From Octopus sinensis (Eukaryota), in the NCBI RefSeq assembly GCF_006345805.1, contig NW_021823750.1:1-21266 (forward strand): a stretch of 21,266 nucleotides of DNA, in the 5' to 3' direction. The position numbers were made by a program, and so were the translations under genes. Shown here in pieces: positions 1-10,399 of this stretch. The stretch's first letter is position 1, and every line of letters starts with the position of its first letter. Below the pieces are notes generated by a model. The model had not been told where the DNA came from and searched no databases. It worked only from the letters and a program-made list of their open reading frames with translations.

Positions 1-1700
1 TGGCACAAAGCCGCCTACCAAAGAACAACACCGCCAAACACCAACACCACTACTACGAGTCAAATGCTACATCCAAGCCTTCTACTGCTAATACCGCAAA
101 CACCACACCACTACCATGACTTCAATTAACACTGCCACAATTAACACTTCTACTGCCAAATTCAAAACGAATTTGCGGACGTAACAAAACAAAAAAAGAA
201 CTTGTAACATTCACCACACAAGAGATAAACCGCACAAAGGCACTCTTCTCCAAAGAAGGAGACAAATTGCACCTTCATATTCCACAACACATCGTGGAAA
301 ACACCAAAAAAAAAAACAATAATTTATAAAGTAAAATAAACAAAAAAAAAGAGAACAGAAAATGCACCGCAGGAAAAAATCGAAAAATGCCTTCGTCCTG
401 CATGGGACTCCAAGGAACTATATCAGTTGGGGAAACAAATTGGTACAGTCCAAGTACGTTTCCTCAACGAAAGTTTAGCAAAACGTTTTTCCACATTGGA
501 GCTACATTCGGACGACTTGGTAATGATACCAGTCTATTAAACAAAAGGGTCACGAAAGTCCAAATAAAAAAACATACCATTTGATGTCGAAACACAATGG
601 TTGGTCTCTGCCATCTGCTTTGAAATGTCAGAGACAATGTCAGAGGACAAACATCCTGGAAATCGCGGCGTTCTAGGAGGAGAGAAAGACTATGTGGGCA
701 AATCAATCGAATTCCTGCTTCAATTGGATGAAGCAGCAAGAGAGAAGATACCAACCGCTATAGAACTGCCAGGAGGCTACAAACTCTATATAGTGGTTGA
801 GGGGCAGGCGACCACGCTGCTATGTGTGGAAGCGAAACACACTTGAAAAAGACGTGCCAACCACTGCACACCAAGAGCAAACACCAACAACCACTACCAC
901 AACCAAAGCACTCCGGAAAAAAAGCTCTACTACCCACACCACCATCAACACAGAAGACGACAAGAGAAGCACACCAAGCTAATCCGTCATCAACCAAAAA
1001 CCACTAACACCTGAAAAAATACCAACACCACCACAACAGCAAAACCAAAGGAACAGAAGAACAAAGAAAAAAACACACACAAACTGATCCCCCATCCCTT
1101 ATACCGCACTCAACACACACAAACAATCAACAACCAACAACACGAAAACAACAACACAACCACTTACACAGACATACATAGAAGCCCACAACATACCCCT
1201 ACCCCCTTCTGATTCCTCAGAAATTTCGTCGGAAGACGAAACAGTGAGGAATGGCAAATAGCTACACAAAAAAGAAGGAAATAAAAGAGCAGAAACAAAA
1301 CAAAAAACCAAATGCAAACACGAACAAAGCAGGGGGAAATACATCTCCCGAAGACATTTCAAAACCCAACGCAAACAACAGCAACACCAACACCACAAAA
1401 ACATATACAGCAAACATACTCACAGCCATAGACACCAAAAACACAAATTTGCTGGAATACATCCAAAAAAACAAACATAACAGAAAGATGAATAAAAAAA
1501 AAACAACCACCCATACACAACACCACCAGACCAAATCAAAATATTACACATCTCCAAAGTCTGCACCACACACTCAAAGGCATTTTCCCCAGTGCGGTTG
1601 GTAAATGCCAAAATATCCCACAAAGAAACTGTACTGGGATCTTCTCGAGGACAAACCAAACGGAGAGGAGAAAGCAAAAACTTTCGAGAGCAGTAAGTAA
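1..1700 (+). pseudogene. LINE copy 1 ORF1 (gag-like, CCHC knuckle), frameshifted, 5'-incomplete
   Basis: YKLYIVVEGRRPRCY-(V)CGSETHLKKTC at ~780-857 (CX2CX4HX4C split by a 2-nt deletion). KRVTKVQIK segment aligns with copy 2 KVTKITLNNVP. Thr/Asn/Gln/Lys-rich linkers. C-terminus KKLYWDLLE...SSK* with stop at 1698-1700. Confidence 0.85.
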
Positions 1701-1727
1701 CCCTCTGTATTCTAATTCCTTAGAACT

Positions 1728-4700
1728 ATGATCAAGATTGGTTGTGTAAATGCGCGTGGCTTGGGTCCCCTTGGAAACAAGGGTACCTCTTAAATGACAT
1801 AAAGTCACATAAGTTAGAAATCATCATAGCCATAAGCGAGACCAGACTCCACAATCCGCGGGCCCTAAAGACCATGTTTGGCGGACAGTTCAACATTTTT
1901 CCCCCCTGTCTGCCGAGAATGGGCGGTAGTGGCACCGCGGGTACTTTTCACAAGAGTCTGGATCTCAAAGTAAGGACAATATTCGTAGACCCGGAGGGTA
2001 GACTGGTCGACCTGGATGTCGAGGCAGCAATGGGTGCGCTTTCGACTCGTATCAGTTTACGCACCGCCCTTAACAGGTCGGGCGGATTTCTTTCAACGTC
2101 TAGAAGTTTTCTTGGGAACGTCTCGTCCTTACTCTTAGTGGGGGATTGGAATGCTGCCTTGGACACGCATGTAGACTACGTGGGTAGAGATAAGAATAGA
2201 CGGGGATGCAAATGCCTCAGAGACCTGCTCAGACGCTTTCAAACTGTCTGAAGGTTCCGACTAGACCACCCGAATGCGCCAACGTGGACATGGAGCAACC
2301 GCATAGGGTCGTCGAGATCGTATCTAGATAGGATACTGTGTAGGACAGTAGATAGAGATAGCATAGGATGTCCACAATTTCACATAGTCAGCTACACGGA
2401 TCACAAACTTGTGACATGTACGCTAGACTTAGGTAAGACACTTAGGCAGGGTCCCGGATACTGGAAACTAAACGCGTCTTTCCCATCGAGACAAGTTTCA
2501 GAGACCGGATTAGCACACTAGTAAAGAGGGCTTTGACGGGGCCATCATCAACAACAAATGGTGGTTTGCCCTCAAGAGAGCAGTAAAAGCAGAAAGAAGC
2601 GATTAGGTACAGCAAAGCACTAGCCATAGATAGAAATAGAAGTAGAGGGTGAGCTAGTTAAGAAGCTAGAAGAGGCAATTAGAAGCGGCATCGCATCCGA
2701 CGTTTTGGCGGCGAGGTTGGCCCCACAACCAACACTCAACGCCAAACACGAAGGATGTGCTGTCAGATCTAGGATGCGTGCTCTAAGGAACGAAGGTGTT
2801 GGAGCCGCGAGAGAGGCCCGGGTGGCCAGAGGCGCAAACAGGGCAACAAAGCCAACCATTCGGTCACTGGTAGATGAAAAGGGCGCGAATTGCTCGAGCC
2901 AAGTAAAATGTGTGAGGCCTTTCAGCAGCATTTTGTCCGAGTTCGGAACGAGTGGAGGGCAAGAACGTAGGGGGGACTTCAGTGCCTACCTACATAGCCT
3001 ACCACGACTCTCGACAAGAAAGGCAGGGTGTGCTGCACGAAGTTGCCATCCACGAAGGCGGAAGTGCGGGCGGAGTGCGATCGATTCGGACTACGATGGG
3101 ACAGAATGCTCGAGGGACAAATACCGAGTGTGGACTGGATGGTCTACCCTACGAGCTTTACAATTGTATGCCAGACTTGTTTGGAGATCTCTTGGCGGCG
3201 GTGTACTGCCAACTGGCAGCAAAACGGGAGGAGCCATCTGGTTTGTTTTGTGAGCCGAGGAGCCGTAACACTGCTGAAGAAAGATCTAAACAAGGGAAAT
3301 GTAATAGATAACTTTAGGCCCATCACTCTGCTTAATGCAGACTTGAAAATTTTGGCCAAGGTGCTAGCCAAGAGGTGGCGCTTGTCATCGAGAAACTGGT
3401 CGACAAGGCGCAAACATGCGCCGTGCCAGGCCGGACCATCCATGACAACCTCCATCTGATGCGCTACATCATAGACAGGGTACAGTTAACGAACCTGGCA
3501 TGGGTGGGGCCCTGATCAACCTTGATCAATCGAAAGCCTTTGATAGGGTAACCATCGATACTTGGGGGCACAGTAGAAGCTGCGGACGGCGATCTGGTTT
3601 CGGTCTCGTCTTCCGCGGCTGGATAGCTGCCTTGTACAGAGGCATCCGTTTGGTAATTCGCGTAAATGGACATCTATCGAGACCTTTCGACATTGCACGT
3701 TCGGTCCGTCAGGGATGCCCCCTCTCGGCGCTTCTATACGTATTGACTCTTGAGCCACTACTGCGGAAGTTGGCGACTCTAAGGGGCATCCCGCGAGAAT
3801 TGGGATGCGGGACGAACGTGTCTGCATACGCGGACGAACGTCACCGTCATAGTGTCTAGCCACGAGCACATCGAGCTGGTCGGGCGCGAGACACTGAAAA
3901 ACTACGAAGCGGTGAAGCGGTGACAGGAGCGAAAATCAACCGGGAAAAGTCAGTGGGCTTGCGACTAGGCACTGGAGAAGCAAGCCCATTGCCGTCCACC
4001 AGCGCCTCCGTCGTGGGACGCTGGACCGACGGCCCCCGGTTGATTGCTCGGGGTCTGGTTTGGTCCGGACCTCCAAGTGGAGAAGAACTGGAACGAGATA
4101 ACGAGTAGGGTGGTCACTCTCGCCCGGCAATGGGCCGAGAGGAAACTGTCCCTAAAAGGTCGAGCGGAGGTGGCGAACACGTACATCGCGTCCGTCATCT
4201 ACTACCGCTGACCGTCGTACCTTGTCCCGACCCTTACCATCACCAAACTACAAACGCATCCTCTTTCGCTTCTTGTGGAAAGATGCGTCTCACGATGGTC
4301 AGGCGATCCATTTGCTGTCAACACCGTTTAAAAGGAGGGCTGGGCATGCCGTGGTTGATGATGCGCAGACACGCGCCTGAGACTGCGACATCTCTGGCTC
4401 TATTAGACGACGGTGAACAGGTGTGTCGCCGTTTGTGAGGCACGCTTTCCCGCAGCTCGTCTCCATGACCGAACTGCGAGTCGTGGATCAAAAAGAGGCC
4501 GAGGAAGGGCGATGGCACCGCGAGTGTCGCGTTGCTCTCAAGCAACTCTGCCGTCCTGGGTCGACCTTAAGTGACTTCAACACAACCAAAGCATTCTATA
4601 GGGGTTTAGTGGAGGGGAGGTACGACGACGAGCTCGGGGCGAACCTGGACGTCGACGAGGAGTACCTGACCCGCCTGTTCAGGACGACTTTCGGGCCAGG

Positions 4701-4815
4701 GCCCATGGACACTTCCAGAGATCCCTGGCCTGGCAGTGCTACCGAGAAGCGCTACCCGTTCGGGATAAGCTCTACAGACACGGCTCGAGAAACACGGGGC
4801 CGACCTGCCCGAGAT
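1728..4815 (+). pseudogene. LINE copy 1 ORF2 (APE endonuclease + reverse transcriptase), many frameshifts, C-terminus deleted
   Basis: ATG at 1728 reads MIKIGCVNARGLG. GDWN motif present. RT blocks in ORF-track frames 3028-3459 and 3500-3859. YADD at 3827 is broken by a 1-nt insertion (tac gcg gac gaa c). Homology to copy 2 stops at tgcccgaga (~4814). Confidence 0.93.
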
Positions 4816-4942
4816 TGTGACTTCATTGACCGAGGTTACCGTGGTCTTTTCCGTAGGCTTTTCTTTCCACGGGTAAACTCACCTGTCCTCCCCTTTACAC
4901 TTCATATTGACATTTCTGTGATAACGATCCCTATTGATCAAT

Positions 4943-5062
4943 TTTTTTTTTCCTCTCCCCCTTTTTTTTTTAACCCCCCTTTTTTTTGTCCTCTTTCTCT
5001 CCTTTTACGATCCCTTTTGATCGAAACTCCCCCTTCCTTTTTTTTTTTTTTTTTTTTTTTTT
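4943..5062 (+). repeat. Polypyrimidine / poly-T tract in the LINE copy 1 3' UTR
   Basis: T- and C-runs ending in T25 (5038-5062). A matching T-rich tract is at ~16160-16240 in copy 2. Confidence 0.85.
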
Positions 5063-5341
5063 AAACCTTCAAAAGAAAAGCCCTACCTTGTAATTTGTTC
5101 TATCTGTGTGCAGCCCTGTGTGGCTAATAAAGAAACATATCTATATGTTTCACTTCTTTCTCTCGTTCTGTTTCTATACATACATATATACATACATATA
5201 TGTGGGTACATAGATAGACGCATACACACCCCTTTATATGGTAGAGTTTAGAATATTCTGATGCTACTCAGAGCACAATCTAAAATACTACCATACAAGT
5301 AAATCTAGTAGCATGGAATAATCTCGATACCGACAACACAA

Positions 5342-5344
<3 letters not shown>

Positions 5345-5372
<28 letters not shown>

Positions 5373-5646
5373 GATATATATATATATATATATATGTGTG
5401 TGGGGGGGGTACATGCGTGTGTGTGTAGGGTACGTGCGTGTGTGTGTGTATGTATATGTCCACTTTTCCTCTTGCTTAAACTCAAGCGCATGTATTCATG
5501 TATATATATATGTGTGTGTATGTATATATTATTGTTATATAATAATTATATAGTTATATATAAATGTATGTAGAAATGCACACACATATATATATATATA
5601 CACACATACACAAATATGCATGTGTATGTTTATATATATATATGCT

Positions 5647-5684
<38 letters not shown>

Positions 5685-5762
5685 ACATATATAATATCTG
5701 TATGTATATACACATACATACATATATATAATACATACATACATACATACATACATACATAC

Positions 5763-5813
<51 letters not shown>

Positions 5814-5852
5814 CTGTATGTAAAACACATACATACTTACATACATACATAC
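5345..5852. repeat. Compound microsatellite (TA)n/(TG)n/(TACA)n
   Basis: Directly visible tandem di- and tetranucleotide runs. Confidence 0.95.
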
Positions 5853-6175
5853 AAAGAATTTCACAGAGTTGCATGCTTTATCTCATTATAGCATCGCCAG
5901 AGGTTGACCATTTGTCTGTGGTAGACATGTTCCAAGGCATTGGTCGTCTCACATATCACCAATTATGCTAATCTCAACTGGTTATCAAGTAAATCCTTCA
6001 GCGTAACAAGATCAATTCCACTCTAAATTATATGTTAGAAGTTATAATAAAATTCCGGTTTTAACCTTCCAGCCATAGCTGTCACAAAATATCCATTATA
6101 TTCACAATACAATGTTACGTTGTTCTCTTGCTGGACTTCCTGCTCTCATCCTGCCCCGCCTGCTCACATGACTTC

Positions 6176-6327
6176 CTATCTATCTATCTATCTGCTAGTT
6201 TGTCTGTCTGTCTATCTGTCTGTTTGCCTATCTGTCTGTTTGTATGTACGTCGCTTCCTTTTGGCCATCCGCCTTTGTCTTTGTAAGTATTTATGTATTT
6301 CTCTTAGGGTATCTCTGACATTTTTCT

Positions 6328-6358
<31 letters not shown>

Positions 6359-6406
6359 CCTCTCTCTACCTCTCTCTCTCTTTCTCTTTCTCTCTCTCTC
6401 TCTCTC
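6176..6406. repeat. Microsatellites: (TATC/TGTC)n at 6176-6240 and (CT)n at 6328-6406
   Basis: Directly visible tandem runs. Confidence 0.92.
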
Positions 6407-6455
6407 CAACATACCATTCATTATTTTTACGCTAGCATCCATTGTCAAATACAAC

Positions 6456-7425
6456 CGACATTATCACCACCTCGGTAAAACTCAGAAATTTTCAGGTAGT
6501 CATTTGACTCGCGAGAAATAACCAGAAAATTTCCCTTAAATCATGCAGTTCCCTCTCACAATAAAAGGAAGGAATTATTATCGCCACCTGTAGGCAAAAT
6601 CCCGAACATGAACTCTATACCTCAACAGCGAAAGGCGACAACAGTCTACAGCATCTGCGTTATCCGATGCGCTGGCTCTCGCAGTGGGGCATTTGTTAAA
6701 ATTGCAAGCTGGATTTGTGGAGCGCAGGCAGAAAACAACCTCGATTGCGGCCGACCGTCGGATGTTGTTTGTTTTGTTCCTTCTCGAGTCATGCCTGGCT
6801 CATAAGGGCCGGTTTCCCGGTTTCTTGGCGTATACGTTCCCCACCTGGACGGGAAGCCGGTTCGTCGCAGGTGAGCTGCAAGATGCAGGAGGAAAGAGTG
6901 ATAGAAAGTTGTGGAGAAAGAGTCAGCAGAAGTTCGCCATTACCTTCTGCCGGAGCCGCGTGGAACTTAGGTGTTTCGCTCATAAACACACACATCGCCC
7001 GGTCTGAGATTCGAACCGGCGATCCCTCGACCGCGTGTCTGCTGCTCTAACCATTAGGCCTTGTGCCTCCACTCGGATGTGGTCAACATTCGTGAGAGAT
7101 GTGGCGAACCCGTTGGTCGGAGCCAGGTCAACCCACTCCAGGTAAATTTCACCGCAAGGACAATGATGCAAGCAGGCAAAATCCAGGAACTTTCATGTAG
7201 TCATTTGGCTCCCGAGAGCTATAAAATCTTCCTTAAATTACGTATTACCGTCTTGCAAAAAAAAAAAAGAAATAACGGGGACATTAAATAATGTTGTTGT
7301 TGCCAATGCCAATCGACATTATCACCACCTGTAGGGATAAATCGGAAACCGTCATGTGGACATTTACCACGCGATAAAAGGTGCCAAATCTCAAACCAAA
7401 CAATACATTTTACAAAAAGGAAGGA
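6456..7425. repeat. Degenerate ~117-160 bp direct-repeat units (6456-6575, 6577-6610 partial, ~7172-7262, 7314-7425), with a SINE lying between them
   Basis: Motif attatc(a/g)ccacct at 6460, 6577 and 7318. Motif tca(g/t)gt(a/g)g(t/a)cattt..cgcga at ~6492, ~7193 and ~7352. aaaaggaagga ends two of the units. Confidence 0.65.
6766..7072 (-). mobile_element. tRNA-derived SINE (family B head) with a V-SINE-domain-like 3' half
   Basis: Minus strand reads gtggaggcacaaggcctaatggttag...ggttcgaatct (A/B boxes). About 180 nt align with 19889-20074. 3' part cctgcgacgaaccggcttcccgtccagg resembles the V domain (from memory). 8-bp TSD TCGGATGT at 6758-6765 and 7073-7080. Confidence 0.88.
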
Positions 7426-7572
7426 GCCATTTGACAATATAGTCTCGGGAAATGCTTTGACCTAAGATCTGCTCAGTCAATCCCGAACTGAGACCAAGTT
7501 AATACAATTCACTACATATTAACCTCAAGAGTTAAAAGTCCCAATATTTTTTCCACTCCAGTTAAAACTCCT

Positions 7573-7579
7573 TATACAC

Positions 7580-7610
<31 letters not shown>

Positions 7611-7941
7611 TATACATACATACATGGTGGCTGCCCCCTCGTTATCGATTATGGCCATTGCACGAAGCTTAATCAATGTTGTTATCGTGCAATGTCTGTG
7701 CAAGAAGATTTTTTTTAAAGTGAGGAAAGGCTGTGCTCTGAGTCAATCCCACTCACTAAGCAACAGCAGCCATAATCCGAAAAGAAGAACAAGTCAACAT
7801 CATCGGCAACCACTGAGCCGCAGGTTTTATGTCGGAGTTATACCAGTTACCAGAGTTACCTTCTAGAAGGATGCCCTTACAAAGGCTAGGAGTCCATACA
7901 TACATACATACATACATACATACATACATACATACATACAT

Positions 7942-7972
<31 letters not shown>

Positions 7973-7980
7973 TACATACA

Positions 7981-8012
<32 letters not shown>

Positions 8013-8067
8013 ATATATGAAACATACATACATTTATACATACATACTGACAGACAAACAGACAGAC
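7573..8067. repeat. (TACA)n microsatellites at 7573-7625 and 7896-8045, plus (CAGA)n to 8067
   Basis: Directly visible tandem runs. Confidence 0.9.
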
Positions 8068-8210
8068 ATGGGCCTCTGCCAAATTAACTCTCAAGACATT
8101 GGCCGTCCAGAAGATTTAGTAGATTTAGTAGAAGACACTTATCCAAGAGGCTGCACAGTTTAATGAATCCGGAACCACGTGATTGAAGGGATAGTCTCTT
8201 AACAACATCC
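8068..8210 (-). mobile_element. Degraded 5' fragment of tRNA-derived SINE family A
   Basis: gccaaattaactctcaagacattgg...gtagaagacacttatccaag...gaatccggaaccacgtg aligns with 17535-17660 and 19415-19540. Confidence 0.7.
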
Positions 8211-8229
8211 ATCTTTGTGTTTGTTTTTC

Positions 8230-8623
8230 TTGTTTCGGGCATTAGATTGCGGTCATTCTGGGGCACCGCTTCGAGGAATTGTAATCGAACGATTCGACCC
8301 TAGTACAAATAAATTTTTTTCTGAAACCTGGTACTTGTTCTAGAATTTCTTTAGTCGCACCGCTAGGTTACGGGCCTGTAAACACGACAACAGCAGATGT
8401 CAAGCGGGGCTGGTCAATAAACTCAAAGACACACACACACTCACACACACACACGAATATATGGAGGGTTTCTTTCAATTTCCATCTACCAAATCCACTC
8501 ACAAGGCTTTGGTCAGGCTGTGGTTATAGTAGAAAGCACTTGACCAAGGTCACACGCAATGGAACTGAACCCAGAACCATGTGGCTGGAAAACAAACTTC
8601 GTATCACTCAGCTACGTTTGCTC
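8230..8623 (-). mobile_element. Degraded near-full-length tRNA-derived SINE family A
   Basis: Colinear with 17281-17677 from tgtttcgggcattagattgcggtc through ccatctaccaaatccactcacaaggctttggtc to gaacccagaaccatgtgg. Has an internal (CA)n. Confidence 0.85.
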
Positions 8624-9096
8624 ATCGCGATTGCTATTCAATTCGTACATATTTTCTGAATCAAGGTAATTCTTTTGAACTATTTATTTACTTAATAAAT
8701 CTTCAACACAAATTGGATGTACAAGCGAATATTGGTTAAAATATCTTGTATTTATTTAATAACGCTCTCAATTTTTTCCACAATGCTTCATCTATCTTAA
8801 TAGAAAAATCACAATATTCCAATAATTCTTTATCTACTTATTTTATAATAATCACAGAATAAGATAATGATTAATCTGTGTGAGGCTTTTTATAATTTTT
8901 CTCTTTTCACAATTTCCAAGATTTTCTAAAAAATATATATATATTGTGCAGAAGTTCTTTCTGTTAAAAACAATACAAAAACCAGTAACGGTGCTTCATA
9001 TAATATAAAAAAAAGGGTCTCAGACTAGTTATGAAACGTGAAAAGGTGGGGATGAGGATCCAAAAATTACTTCCCGATACCTAGATGTCTACTAGT

Positions 9097-9180
9097 AATA
9101 TATATATATATATATATATATATGAAAATAATAATAATAATAATAATAATAATAATCATAAAATAATAATAATCATATAA
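9097..9180. repeat. (TA)n and (AAT)n microsatellites
   Basis: Directly visible tandem runs. Confidence 0.9.
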
Positions 9181-9669
9181 TCTGGGGAATATTATTCCTA
9201 ACAGGGAAAAACTCAATTAGAAATACTAAATCAAATTTCACAAAATATGAATATATATATATAGAAATTAGAAAAAACACCTTTTATCAATTCAAAATGA
9301 ACATTAAATTACACCATCTAGAAAATTACATATATAGAAATATTAAATATAAGTACAATAATATCCGATGATAAAAATGTGTAAAATAATAAGTAAAACA
9401 TATATATTTGGTAGAATAACGACACGTGTTTCGTGGCTATATTTAAGAAATGACTATAGTAAAAAAAATAATAGTAGTAGTAAAATCACTTCGATATATA
9501 TATATATATATATGTATATTTACACATACATACAACCCAAAAATTGTGATACAAGAAACGTTTAACTTTGGAGCATCTTTTGTAACTTTAGTGCTAATTA
9601 AACTATACCTCACCATGAATATATATATATTCTTTTTTTATACAGCACACAGAAACTCACATAAATGAA

Positions 9670-9744
<75 letters not shown>

Positions 9745-9750
9745 TATCTA

Positions 9751-9790
<40 letters not shown>

Positions 9791-9795
9791 TCTAT

Positions 9796-9862
<67 letters not shown>

Positions 9863-9983
9863 GTCTGTCGTCTGTCTATCTATCTATCTACTATCTATCT
9901 ATCTATCTATCTATCTTCTATATGTCTGTCTGTCTGTCGTCTGTCTATCTATCTATCTACTATAGTCTGTCTGTCTGTCTTCT

Positions 9984-10030
<47 letters not shown>

Positions 10031-10083
10031 GTCTTCTATCTGTCTATCTATCTACTATCTATCTATCTATCTATCTATCTCTA

Positions 10084-10134
<51 letters not shown>

Positions 10135-10135
10135 G

Positions 10136-10182
<47 letters not shown>
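9670..10182 (+). repeat. (TATC)n array with TGTC variants, 5' flank of LINE copy 2
   Basis: About 510 bp of tandem TATC ending a few bases before the unique LINE 5' sequence. Confidence 0.97.
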
Positions 10183-10399
10183 CTCTGACGGATGTGATGT
10201 CGTTTCAGCTCCGAAGGTAATCATTTTTTTGACTATTTAAAAGTGTATATTGACAAAACATTTTTGCTTAAAAGTTGTGCAACAACATCCACTGTAAACC
10301 TTTGATAAATATCGACACAAAATTTTGCCCCTTGGGCAAAATTTAAAAGAAAAAATTCTCATAGCCTTCGTGGTTTCATTTAGCCATTTTATTTCCAAA

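Larger units (their letters stand above)
1..5135 (+). mobile_element. Tx1-like (L1 superfamily) non-LTR retrotransposon, copy 1; 5' end outside the window, heavily frameshifted, ~435-nt internal deletion near the ORF2 end
   Basis: Contains ORF1 zinc-knuckle remnant, APE fragments (LNDIKSHKLEIIIAISETRL, LLLVGDWN) and RT fragments (DNFRPITLLNADLKILAKVL, LDQSKAFDRV, RQGCPLS, AYAD). It is colinear with 10187-16311 and ends at the shared tail cagccctgtgtggctaataaagaaa (5135). Confidence 0.95.

Noticed and set aside
3907-3922. Tandem gaagcggt duplication and many small indels in LINE copy 1
   Set aside because: Cannot be separated from decay or assembly error without reads.
6456-7425. Repeat-spacer pattern as a CRISPR-like array
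   Set aside because: Eukaryotic context, divergent long units, irregular spacing and no cas genes.
9421-9445. Minus-strand CGAAAC-ACGT-GTC resembling the 3' half of a minimal type I hammerhead ribozyme (Penelope-type)
   Set aside because: The required upstream CTGANGA core and the matching stem II strand are absent. At most a decayed remnant.
9665-10188. Long ORF-track entries such as [14 protein letters not shown] and THTYIH (also at 5535-5891, 16111-17032 and 20560-21048)
   Set aside because: These are translations of stop-free microsatellites with no coding signal.
10292-10306. Adjacent FOX-like (TGTAAAC) and TCF-like (CCTTTGAT) motifs in the LINE 5' UTR
   Set aside because: Single 7-8-bp matches are expected by chance, and no second 5' UTR is available for comparison.
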